From contig CM074814.1 in assembly GCA_037447605.1 (NCBI GenBank), positions 248,001 through 312,000 of the forward strand: a DNA stretch of 64,000 nucleotides, given 5' to 3'. This DNA is from Zygnema circumcarinatum SAG 698-1b. Taxonomy: Eukaryota > Plantae > Zygnematophyceae. The translations under genes were made by a program, and so were the position numbers. Below are positions 47,831 through 58,712 of this stretch, piece after piece; the first letter of the stretch is position 1; each line of letters opens with the position of its first letter. Under the pieces are notes generated by a model that worked only from the letters and a program-made list of their open reading frames with translations, was not told where the DNA came from and made no database searches.

Positions 47831-50250
47831 GGAATCCTCTGAAACCATGCTGACTTATACTGACCGCGTCAAATCTTTTGCTAGACGGCTTCGCAGCATT
47901 GATTGCGTAGTTCATGATGATGAGATCATCTGTAATCTCTTGGGCGGGCTGCCCGACTCTTTCCGGTCGTTCATCTTGTCCATTGATGCTGCCTCGATCT
48001 CACTAACCATCGCTGATCTGACCGAACTTCTTTTGAACGAGGAGGAAAAAGATTCCACCCCTTCCAGATCCTCCCACGCGTCCGCGCTTTTCGGATCTGG
48101 TCCTCCACAAATCCAAGTCTCTGGCCCTTTTTTGTAGGTATTGCAAGAGCAGACTCCGCGTAAGGACCAGCATCGCTTTAGCCAAAAAAGGAGGTCTTGC
48201 CGACTTTTGCCCCATAAATCCATTACCTCCGCCGCTGGCGCGCGTAAATATCGCGGCGCCCTTCGATTTGGCCCCTGCGATTTGGTCCCCCGCTGAACCT
48301 GTCGTACAGCTTATGTGGCCACCCTCCCTCACGTTCCCTTCCGCTCCCTTGGTCCCGCCGCCGCCGCCCGCCGTGCACACCTCTCTTCACCCGGCTTCCC
48401 CTGCCGGCCGCCTCCCCACCCGGTGTAGGTCACGGTGCTCCCGAGTTGATCCCGCGCCTTTTCGGCGCTGGACCCTTTGGAGTATGACCCCTCTCTCCAC
48501 GACTCCGCCAGCTTATTGGCTGGTGCCTCCATCGTAACCTTCGTCGTGGCTGGTTCTCTCGGCTCTCTCCCCTCCCTCTCCCCGCGGCCATTTCTTAGGG
48601 GGTAACGCTCCTTGGCGCGCGCCGGCGGGTTTCCACTCTGAGTGGCTTGACCAGCGGCTTCATCGCCGATGGCGTCTACCTGGTCGGATGCATTTTGTGG
48701 CGAAGCGCTATACATGGGTTGTATGGCCAAGTACTTACATCCGCGGTTGCCTTTTAATGGTAAAGCACTTGTGTGGGTACCGGGAGGTCCTGAGTTCGAA
48801 CCCTGCTGGAGGCAAGTTCGTTACATTGGTATCAGAGCCAAGGGCCCAGTATTTGCAATCCACCCTAAAAACACCGTGATCTCCGAGCATGGTACGGTTG
48901 GCCAGAGGGTCTGAACCGTATATCCTCGCATGTGTTGAAGGAGCTTGAACGCTGCTCGTGAAAAACCTTGTCTGCGCTCGAGGACGAGCCCGGTTTAGGT
49001 GGGGAGGAATGTAGCGAAACGCTATACATGGGTTGTATGGCCGAGTACTTACATCCGCGGTTGCCTTTTAATGGTAAAGCACTTGTGTGGGTACCGGGAG
49101 GCCCTGAGTTCGAACCTTGCTGTAGGCAGGTTCGTTACAATGAATAAGCCAAGAACCTGTTTTCAGTAGCCTCCATCCTCATCTTAGGCATTTCAGCCCT
49201 TTTTAGGACAGATGGGGTCACTTTCTTCACCCCAGAGGCTGTAGTTGGGCACGGCCGCAAAACCGGCCGCTTGTTTTCCCTTACCTCTTTTGCGGCCTCC
49301 CTTGGGCACGCCCATGCTCACACCACTGACCCCCCCCTTACCTTTGCTCGGTGGCATCTCCGCTTTGGCCACCTTGCTGAAAGCAGCCTCAGAACTCTCG
49401 GCCAGGGCTTAGTGTTAGGCTTAGACCCCTTCTCTACCGAGAAGTTAGATTTTTGTTCAGGCTGTATTCAAGGAAAAATGACCAGATTGCCTTTTCCCTC
49501 AAGCTCCACCCTTGTCTCTGAACCTCTGGCACTCATTCATTCTGATGTCTGTGGCCCCATGCGCGATGTTAGCCTCGGTGGCGCATCATATTTTGTTACG
49601 TTCATTGACCAAGCGACTCACTTTTCCCATGTTTTTCCCATCGCTCACAAGTCTGACGTTTTCTCCCGCTTCCAAGAGTTCAAGGCCAGTGCAGAGATCC
49701 TTCTCGGCCGCCGCATCAAGACCCTTCGCACTGACAACGGCGGCGAGTTTATGTCCATCGCCTTCTCTAAATACCTTCGCCTTCACGGCATCACCCATCA
49801 GACTACCGCTCCCTACACCCCCCAGCAAAATGGAGTCGCTGAGCGCTTTAACCGCACCATTCTCGACATGGCTCGCTCTATGCTTCATTTTGCCGACCTC
49901 CCTATGGCCTTCTGGGCGGAAGCCATCTCCACGGCCACTTACCTTCGGAACCTTTCCCCCACCTCTGCCCTTCCTCACAGCACTCCCTACGAGGCCTGGC
50001 AGGGCGGCAAGCCCTCCGTCTCCCACCTCCGTATNNNNNNNNNNCCACGGCCGTACACCCGCCGACTTCCTCCCCGCCGAATCCCAATCTTGCGCCGTAC
50101 GATTCCCCCACCTACGTGACCGTTGGATATCATTCCCCTCCCCCCCCCGCGGCCGCTCCCCCATTGGCCGCCGACATTCCTCTTGTCCCCCCCCCGGTCG
50201 CCGCTCCCCCTTCCCCTCCCCCTTCCCCTCCCTTCCCCCTCCCTTCAATA
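47132..50250 (+). mobile_element. Defective Ty1/copia LTR retrotransposon with 5-bp TSD GAAGT
   Basis: 316-bp 5' LTR 47132-47447 (TGTTGA...TCAATA; duplicate at 44970-45285), PBS GGTTATGGGCCCA, gag (FDGTNWHDW, in-frame TAG at 47520), protease C-terminus, pre-integrase and integrase at about 49150-50034 (WHLRFGHL..CSGC, HSDVCGP, LRTDNGGEF, PQQNGVAER). RT/RH and most of the 3' LTR are missing around the N-gap at 50035. GAAGT at 47127-47131 and 50251-50255. Confidence 0.88.
48696..49139 (+). mobile_element. TRIM (444 bp) with 130-bp tRNA-derived LTRs, nested in the copia element
   Basis: LTR1 48696-48825 and LTR2 49010-49139 (TG...CA, 7 differences in 130), PBS TGGTATCAGAGC 48827-48838, PPT GGGGAGGAA 49001-49009, 184-bp non-coding interior. 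The LTRs contain TAATGGTAAAGC (D-arm-like) and GAGGTCCTGAGTTCGAACC (variable loop plus B-box). No TSD seen (CATTT versus ATGAA). Confidence 0.88.
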
Positions 50251-50752
50251 GAAGTGAGCGCTCGAGTGAAGAATTTTGGACGCTGGGAAGAAGGCAAAAT
50301 GGCGCCGGTGGAGTTCGACTGCGCTTGACGGGGGAAAGCGAGCGAGGAGTGGTCCCCTCTCGTTTGCAGATGCTTCGTACATAGGATACGATGTGTTTTT
50401 TAGACATTGTCTGGCTTGCTTGCTGTAGACGACAAGTGTAGTTTTTGAGGGCATGAGGGTGACGACATGAGATTGAGATTGAGAGAGAGAAGGGGGAGGG
50501 GGGGAGAGAAAGAGTGATCACTGAGAGTGTGTGTGTGTGTGTGGGGGGGGGGGGTGCTCCTCGCAACTGCACACGAATTTCAGGAATGGAATATACATCG
50601 ATCCTCGCGTGTTCAGAAATCAGAGTGGATTTTCTTGAATTTTGAGTGAAGTGCTGCATCTTGAATTGGATGTGGATTTGGGAAGATGGTTTCAAGACTC
50701 GACTTGGCACGCTTGCTATTGAACACAAGTGTGTATTTTTGGAGAGAGAGGA

Positions 50753-50797
<45 letters not shown>

Positions 50798-51753
50798 GAG
50801 AGAGCAATTCCGAGGAAAGAATTTTACGCAAGTCACATCATACATGTATCTTCACCAATGCCATAATTTCATTCAATGTTGGTACAAGGAGGGAGGTTTG
50901 CAAAAGTCCGATCCTCCAATCACGGTCTTGAAGCCTGCCCGATCTGCAGAGGAACGGCATTTGGAGAATGGTAGACATGCGACCTTTATCCTTCCCTTTT
51001 CGTGTAAATAAAGCACACACCTAAAAGAACTCGTATGAAAGTATTATCAATCGAATACTTTGAACTCAAACCAAACTTTGGAAAAACGTCGTGATAGCTC
51101 TGGAGAGGAAGCTATTTCGAAGCACGAAGCACATAAATTCATCGTATGTTTAATTGACTTGGTCAAACTTAACGCTTGAAAAACCCAATTCCTTGTTCAG
51201 TCAGCACACTTGCAATTCCCTCATTAAGTCTTTAAATAACACGTGGACATTTCTCAAACGCATAGCATCGCCTCAACAAGGAGATCCAGCAGGTCCAGCA
51301 GACTTTTCATCGTGAACAAAATCTATGCCTCAAATACACAAGTAGCTCCGCAATCTATTTCCCAAAATCCTTCTGTCCTCAATCTGTCCACCTCATAACC
51401 TGACTGCTTGCTGTCCACAGACTGCTCCTACCTTTCTTCCTCTCCGCCGTGGGACAAACAAAGAGAAGCAATCGCTGCAACTAAAGTCTCGTTCGCTACG
51501 AACATGCTCGACCACTCTATAGACAGTAAGGCTCAAAGTAAGGATGCCCTCTAATGTACGATTTTCAGAGCATCAAGTAAAGGACTGCAGGGTTCAAGTG
51601 GCCTCACCATTCGGTTATGCAAGTGCAGGATACACATGGGAAGAAATGACTGATTTTCAAGCACGGAAGCCTGGCGATACAAAAAACGCTAGTTGCTGCA
51701 CTGTTCCAATTTCAGACGAGTCGATAGACGACACCAATGTCGTACCAATTGCA

Positions 51754-52500
51754 TTAAAGCAGGGTCAAACGCAGCTTCCCTTGCAACTCTGAGAGTTCTT
51801 TTTTGTACTGACCTTCTAAAACTTCCCGTTCTTTCTTATACATTTCCATCTTTAACCGATCTCGCTCTTCTTGCTCCTTGGCAATCTTTTGCAATTGACT
51901 CACCATCACACCTACTTTTTCATTCAAGTCCGTCAGCTGCTTCTCCAAACATGCGCGATCAGAGTTTGCAGACTCTTTCTCGATTGTCACTGCCTGCTCC
52001 ATCCTTTCAAATATCGACAGCAGCCCCTTGATCTCCAGCATACCCGTCTCAAATAGCTGCCCTCTTTCGTCACACTTGTCTCGACTTGAACAAAAAATTT
52101 CCATAGCTGTATTCAGAGTCTTCTTCAGGCTCTGATTCTGAAACTGCGTTTGCGAATCTGGACGACTCCTTTCCAACAGCTCGTTCTGAAATGGAAATCC
52201 ATGATCTGCTTCCTGTTCTTCCTTTCCCTTGCCCTTTTTCCGCCTACTGTAGCGTTGATTCCTGGTATCCATCCGAAGAATCTCATGACGCCGCCTCCCC
52301 CATCTTGATCAGATTGATTTGGATTGACACCATCCAAACGCGGCCTGTCAAAACTTCCTCGACTTGGAAAGAATTTATACAGATCGGTTTGAACTTCCTA
52401 CATCAAATCTTCAGCTATTTTGACCTGTTTGGACGAATTTTGAAGGCCTCCCATCAGACTTTCATACAACTCATTGCTGATCTGAACATGGTTTTGAGCA
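51754..52500 (-). pseudogene. Degraded coiled-coil coding sequence, family not recognised
   Basis: A 172-aa Glu/Lys-rich heptad-like ORF (51754-52272), preceded by a coding-like stretch in another frame that contains an internal TAG. No start or splice model recovered. Confidence 0.3.
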
Positions 52501-53945
52501 TCAGATGACGAGTTCCCACATCTTGTGAACACGTCATTAACGCGCCTTTATTTTAAAGACCATATTTCGATTTATTCTGCCCTCTGAACGCCACGCCTTG
52601 CTTGCTGCTCGTCCCTGCCATGGGAATAGCTGCTCTCCTTGATGATCCGAAGGGACTAAAGAAGGAATAAACTGTCTTGCAAAGATTTCACGTCAACGTC
52701 TCACCAGATTACTGCCTCGTTTACGCAATCAAAAAATCCGGCTAGCTTCTTAAAAAGACGTGGTCCTCCAGAGGGAAGTGCTGGAAGGTCCAGCCATGGA
52801 GGTCCGCAGGCTGCCTTCCCTCGGCCTGGAACGCTCTGCATGGGCCGCCGCCGCGTGGCGAGCCTTCATGGCGGGGCCGCGTGCTGATTGGTCGCCGCGT
52901 GCTTCGCACGTGTGGGTGGAACGGCCAATCTCCATAGAACCGCAGTTAATTTCCAACATGGAGCGCAGCAGTTGGAGGGAGCACGGAGTGGCCGTGAAAC
53001 TGAGTGCAGTTGGCACTAGAGTGGTGCGCTACGGGGAGCACGACAGACATGGAGTGGGCTTACTCGTGGTTTGAAGCATGCGCGGCCCAAAAGAACAGTT
53101 CTGGAGTGTTGTTGTTGTCCTTTCAACGAAGCACATGATGAGATCAATGCCACTTCCATTTCCATGATTGTTGTGTTGTGCGTAATGGAGAGTCTCATCA
53201 CAATGAGAAGGCGAAGAGGAACTGCTTTAGGGAACTACTATTCACACACCTTTTTTGTCTAGATATACACCTTATTAAAAAAAAATCCCAATAAATAAAA
53301 ACCTTAAAATAAAATCTGACCGTCAAAAAACGGTGTCTATCCAGACGAAAAAGCTGTATATCTAGACAAGAAAGCTGTGTGAATAACATTTTCCTAAGTA
53401 TTTTTCCTTTTGCAATGCGGTTATTTTGTCCCCGTGGGCACCACCACATTGGGACGCGGCAGAAGCGGTAAAAACCGCAACATTCAAAAGCCGCCGCGTC
53501 CTGCCCTGCATGCCACAGCACACGGCAGGACGGCGCAGCCGCGGCATGAGCACCTGCACCTCTCTCTCGGCGGAAGCGACGGCGCAGAAAGCGCTGTGCA
53601 GCCGTCCGATCGCAGCAGGCGTAATCGCAGCCGTCCGTTCCCCTCCAGGGATCGAACTCCGCCACCAATCGCCGGGTCGGAGAGGTCGCCGGGCGAGCCT
53701 TGGCACAAAGAGGCGGCGAACGCAACAAGGCTTCGAGCCCGCCCTCGAGAGGATTGCTTCAACTCTGGCGCTTGGTATCGAGACGCTTATCGATAGCAGT
53801 ACATCGCAGGTTTGATTTTGTGACAAATTCGAAGATTCAAATGTACTTGTTTTGAATAATAAAGGTTTGGGAAGCAACGGAGGGAGCAGCATCCTGCAAC
53901 TTGTTTCCTTGCTCTGACGGAACCGCGCAGGCTGCGGCTGGAGCC

Positions 53946-55725
53946 ATGGCGGCTAGGGACCTGCAGGGGACTCGGCAGGCGTCGGAACACGACTCTATGG
54001 AGGCAGTTTTGAAGGAATTTGAAGATATAACAGAGCTTTTAGTTTGCGATCCTAATAGCGACGATGATACCTGGATGGACGACGATAACGATACCTGGAC
54101 GGACGACGATGACGATAACGATATCTGGAGGGACGACGATGACGATAACAATATCTGGAGGGACGACGATGACGATAACAATATCTGGAGGGACGACGAT
54201 GACGATAACGATATCTGGAGGGACGACGATGACGATAACAATATCTGGAGGGACGACGATGACGATAACAATATCTGGAGGGACGACGATGACGATAACG
54301 ATATCTGGAGGGACGACGAAATGTACGAAAAGGCAGCAGGCATGTATTTTTTTGCTGTTTTCGCAACGAAATTATGTATGACCTTCTTCTTATGCTACAA
54401 TTTTAGCATTATCTTTTCTTTACCATTCTTTGTATGTCAGGATTGTTAGATTAACAGGAAGTCTCTAATTTCCTATGGTTGTAAAATGCTTGAGGCGTTT
54501 CGACAGAACTTTTCACCTTTGCATTACCTTAAGCTTGTCCTTGGTAAACAGATTCTGACTAGCCTACTAATTTGCCCTTCCCTTGTCCTTCTTCAACCAA
54601 GTTTGGATAATATTCAACAATGGTTCTCTTCCTGAAGTTCACTATTGCACACTCATGATATGGAGACTGTTGCTATTACTGTTGCCACGAAAACGCTTTC
54701 AGTGACAGATGTAAGCGCAACCTTATAACCTAACAATGCTTTGTTATGTTTTTTTTTTAATGTATGCTGCGAATGCAGACATTTTAGCGCAGGAGCTGCT
54801 TCAAAATTCCGAATATATCCGAAGCACCTTAGTGCCTCTCTTTGAGAGATTGATTTCTCTCGAAGATAAGGCTGTCTGCGGCATTCTCAAATGTGCCAAA
54901 GCTAGGCACCTCACATTTGTGAAAGCAGGAAATACTTTGGCAGCTGATAACTACCAATGGCTGCTTTTACATATCCGAAAGGATGGCTACCGAACAAGGA
55001 AAGCCATGATTCTCACATTTTTGGTTGAATCGCTAAATCTTGAAAGTTCGGCGTCTGCGTTAAGTTCAGAATGTGTTCCAATTTCAGCATATCTTGTAAC
55101 GCTCCTCAAAGCTTCCCTTGATCTCGACGCTGAAACTTCAAAAGAAATTTTGATGAATACTTTGAGCAAGCAGCTGTACAAGGTCCAGCTGCAGGACCTG
55201 CAGACGTTGGAGAGTTTGACCGTGCAGAATTTGTTCAGTCGATGCTCGGTGTCTTTAGGCAAGCAAGATTCAGAGGCTTCGGCTGACGTCATCAGCACTG
55301 TGATTGAATTGTTGGACGACTACCTCAATTGGATAGTTCATCGAAACGAAAGTTGTAACGTGATGGACTTTCTCAAACTGCTGGAAGCCGTTCCTGCAAA
55401 GGGGAGGCTGAATTGCGACAAAATTTATGAAGCAATCCACATTTTCTTGTGGAAAAACCCTGGAGTTACAGATGATGACCGTATCCACTTGTCGGCATAT
55501 CTGGATCCGCTGAAGCTATCATTCTTTACAGCGGAAGCTGCCGTGCAAAACCGAAGAATGGTATTGCAGCCGGGTTTGTTTTCCTCGCTTTATTTGATAA
55601 AAAGGCAAGCAGAGCAGCTTGAGCAAGCAAGCAAGCAAAGCAAGCAAGCAGCAAGCAAGCAGCTCGAGTCACTTCATAACATGGTGAGTGTAAGCAGACT
55701 CTGTTCAACAGATGAGATTGCTTGA
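53946..55725 (+). CDS. Divergent NPH3-domain protein (NRL family-like) with an N-terminal acidic Trp repeat and no recognisable BTB domain
   Basis: Exon 53946-54339 (MAARDL..acidic repeats), putative GC-AG intron 54340-54778, exon 54779-55725 with NPH3 C-terminal signatures: YLVTLLKAS, KQLYKVQLQDL, LLDDYLNWI, DKIYEAIHIFLWKNP, LDPLKLS..AAVQNRRM. The exon junction is less certain than the domain call. Confidence 0.7.
54067..54319 (+). repeat. 30-bp coding tandem repeat ATATCTGGAGGGACGACGATGACGATAAC(A/G) encoding (D/N)IWRDDDDDN
   Basis: Six full units plus one partial from 54121, and two degenerate upstream units. The last base follows A,A,G,A,A,G, giving a 90-bp higher-order period. Confidence 0.95.
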
Positions 55726-56532
55726 AGTCGACATTTGAGAATGATACACGAGGGACGATGTTGAGGAGACATATCGTGGGGCTGGGTCGAAAAGCATGCG
55801 CGCGAATGTAATGGAGAATAATGAAATGAATGAAATGTATTGATCTCTCTCTGTTGCAATGTCTGCTTGTTCTGTCACTTGGGAAATCTGGAATTCACAT
55901 TGCTGGTACGTTTGGATCAAAACAAACAGAAACGAAACGACTGGCATGTTTGTGTTTTGAAGTTTTGTTTTCACGCAAGAAGTAGAAATTCATTAGGTTC
56001 GTGCTGATTGCCACGAGGTTCTTTCCAATTAATTATGCATTCAAGTTATGACTGGTATATTTCATAACAGTCTTGAGACATTATGAAATGTGAAACGTGA
56101 TTTGAAAATGCGAAATGATTGTAGTGTGACAATGTTTTCTAATTACTGCTGAGTGATGACAAACAAGGAAGTTGTGAGATTTCCCAGTGTCTGTGCTTTT
56201 ATGAGCTGTCGACGTGTGTTGCTTTAGTAAATTTGGCAGTGAAATGGAACCCCTGCTCGCGAGAGTAGGGTTGCTGCTATAAATACCATGATAGTATTAA
56301 TCTTGTAGCAGATTTGTGGTGTCAGGCACCTCGCACTCGTTGCCCTCCTCGCCCTCCCGCTCTCTCCTCCTCTCTCTCACCCTGCCTCTCTCCAGAACGT
56401 GTCTTCCTTTTTCTTTCACTGTCTCGTCCCTCCATCAATTGCATGCCCTCCCTCCCCTTGTGCTTCTACTTCTAATTTTGACTTCTCTGACTGTCTCTCA
56501 TCCATAATTAGAAACTAACAGATTGAAAGACC

Positions 56533-56988
56533 GTGGGTGTTGAGCAGGCAATTTGGCTATCGGGTCTTTTTCTTCTCCTCGTTTCCATCCTGTTCCTGTA
56601 CCTGTTTTTCTGGATGCGTAATCCTGTTATCTCCAATGTGGCTCCTACGACTTGTCCCTCTCTTGAAGATATCGTCGCAGAAATAAAGCGTTCACTTCCC
56701 ACTCCTCCTATTTGCCCCCCTGCCGGAGCCCCCCTGCATGAACTGGATGATTTCTTCACCCGTTCCCACTATCCCTCCGCTGAAGAAATAGTCGCTGAAG
56801 TGAAGAGCTCCCTTCCGCCTCCTCCCTCTCTTCAAGACCAACTCGCTGAGATGACGGGCATTACTTGGGACGAAGTTCGGCCCCACGTGAAACGGTTCGC
56901 GCTTGATGCTGCCAAAACCTTTCGAGCTCTGCAAGCCGAAGCGGCCGCTGTATGGGGTAACTTGCAAGAGGAGAATCAAGAGAAGTGA
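56533..56988 (+). CDS. Small orphan protein with an N-terminal hydrophobic helix and an internal duplicated motif; GTG start
   Basis: 151-codon ORF with LSGLFLLLVSILFLYLFFW and the repeats PSLEDIVAEIKRSLPTPP / PSAEEIVAEVKSSLPPPP. TATAAATA at about 56278 and a CT-rich leader lie upstream. Confidence 0.45.
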   Translation: MGVEQAIWLSGLFLLLVSILFLYLFFWMRNPVISNVAPTTCPSLEDIVAEIKRSLPTPPICPPAGAPLHELDDFFTRSHYPSAEEIVAEVKSSLPPPPSLQDQLAEMTGITWDEVRPHVKRFALDAAKTFRALQAEAAAVWGNLQEENQEK

Positions 56989-58712
56989 AAGGGGGAGAGG
57001 AGCTTGTAACGGAAGATACGAAAACCATGACCATGACCACCTTACTGTTCTATGAGAGGCTGAGAGGTAAAGTGCAGGTGAGTTGCACTGCAGGTGAGCT
57101 CTTGTAAATGTAGATGTACGAGCCGTACGAAATATATACGGACGGTACGACCGATTGGTGTGGAACTTGATATGGGAAAAATATAGAGTGGAGACAAAAA
57201 GACAAAAAAATAGATTGGAGGCGCCGAGAGAGCCGCCATGGGCGCGGGTTGGGTGAGCCAAAGGGGGCATTCAGCCATGGAGGGGTTGAGCTGTTGCGGT
57301 TGGAGACGCTGCAGGAGCACGCAGCGACTGCACACGACTGAGACGCAGCAGGCGGCGGACTGGAAAGCTAGAGGCCGCTTTACAGCAGGACAGAACTAGT
57401 AAGGTTGCTCTGTAACTGTAATGGAAACTAGAACTGAGACTGGTCCATGCTGTCGTGCTGGTATTGTCGGTAGGCGTGAACTGAGCATTGAACAAATTTC
57501 GTACTTTTGTATAGGCTGAGCAACCGGTCCTCTCTTCATTTGGAATTCCACTGTTGTCAGTTTCCTTACGAACTCTTCGAGATTCTGGTACATAAACAGC
57601 ACCTTCTCGGCTTGTTTGATCTTTCATTGTCCTGTTTTTAAAAAAAAAATTCAGAGCATTTGATAGTGTGCGGAGGCCGTTTGTTTTGTTGACAAAGCAA
57701 GGGCCATCCAATGCCCCACAGGTCTACGCGGAGGGGGGGGGGGGGAAGGGGCTACTAAGATGTCCTGTTGGGGAAGGCATGTCAGCCAATCACGGATTGC
57801 CACGTGTTTAATCTACTCCATGTGTGCTATCAATGGCGAGCTTCATTCTCTTGGACGCTTTTACCTTGCCAACGGCCAACGGCTAACGGCCAACGGCCAA
57901 CGGCCCCACCCATTTGTAGCTTCACGTTGTGATGGGTGTACGAGTAGTAAAAATCATAGCACTGGAGCAACTGATAGGCAAATTTAGTAAAAGAGATTTC
58001 TGTTTCTAAGCGTGCCGAAAAAGCCTAGCATAGGCGCTGCCCCAGCAATGGCCTAACAAAGCCAGATTTTTTCAACGGCACTTCTGCCAAAGGCGATGGC
58101 CTAACCATGGAAAACGATAATGCCGCCACAGACCTATCTTAGAAGCACTTTTTTCTTTTTCCAAAGTATAATTCCTGGGCAGATCTGTGTAGCCATCAGA
58201 TACAGATTTTGCAGACCTGGAATCTCCTGGACGAGAGAGTTGGAGGACGAAAATATTGGCAGTGGATTAAAGTCAGTGCAAATTGCGTCCGCTGTCGTTA
58301 TTGTTCCGTCCAAAAAAACCCTTCAAACTCCTAAAAACGCAAAAAACACTACATATCAGCTTGTCTCACAACATAACCCTCGTTCTTTTGAACGTTTCTC
58401 TCCGTTGAGTTTCACAACGGGGGCACATGTACTCGCTTCCGTCGACCTTCACATAATCCTGCAAATCATTTTTTTTTTAACTTATAGTGAAAAAAAATAA
58501 TACAATTGAATAATGAGGACGATAGCGCACGAGGATTGAGTGGTAAAGGAAGAGTGGCAGGGGAGGGGCAGAGCGAGGAGGAGGAGAGAGAGTGGGGGAG
58601 TGAGGGAGAGAGCAAGAGAGAGGAGGGGAGAGGCGGACACTTAGAAGTTCCTTATACTCACCTTGAATGACCCAAGTCCCTCCCTCTTGTCGCACTCAAA
58701 GTGAGCCCATTC

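Larger units (their letters stand above)
46067..50328 (+). pseudogene. 5'-truncated copy of the HSPA12-like gene, interrupted by a copia element (duplicate copy at 43905-44969)
   Basis: Homologous to 42328-43451 including the intron. A 1-nt deletion gives a premature stop (RPN*), and CCAGCCAAACTCGAGCGGCCATA is locally duplicated. Coding breaks at FFGRSSVEV (47131) and resumes at 50251 (..SARVKNFGRWEEGKMAPVEFDCA*). Confidence 0.88.

Noticed and set aside
47912-48730. Antisense retrotransposon RT or linker fragment (minus-strand ORFs)
   Set aside because: Only vague motif resemblance; the plus strand already explains 47912-48137 as gag, and no LTR or TSD supports a second insertion.
48745-48815. 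Functional tRNA gene
   Set aside because: Acceptor, anticodon and T stems are mismatched, the 5' part appears internally deleted, and the sequence occurs twice as part of LTRs. Treated as tRNA-derived TE sequence.
52750-53892. Several overlapping GC-rich ORFs of 100-176 aa
   Set aside because: No recognisable domain, coding bias or splice model; could be 5' or promoter sequence of the NPH3-domain gene.
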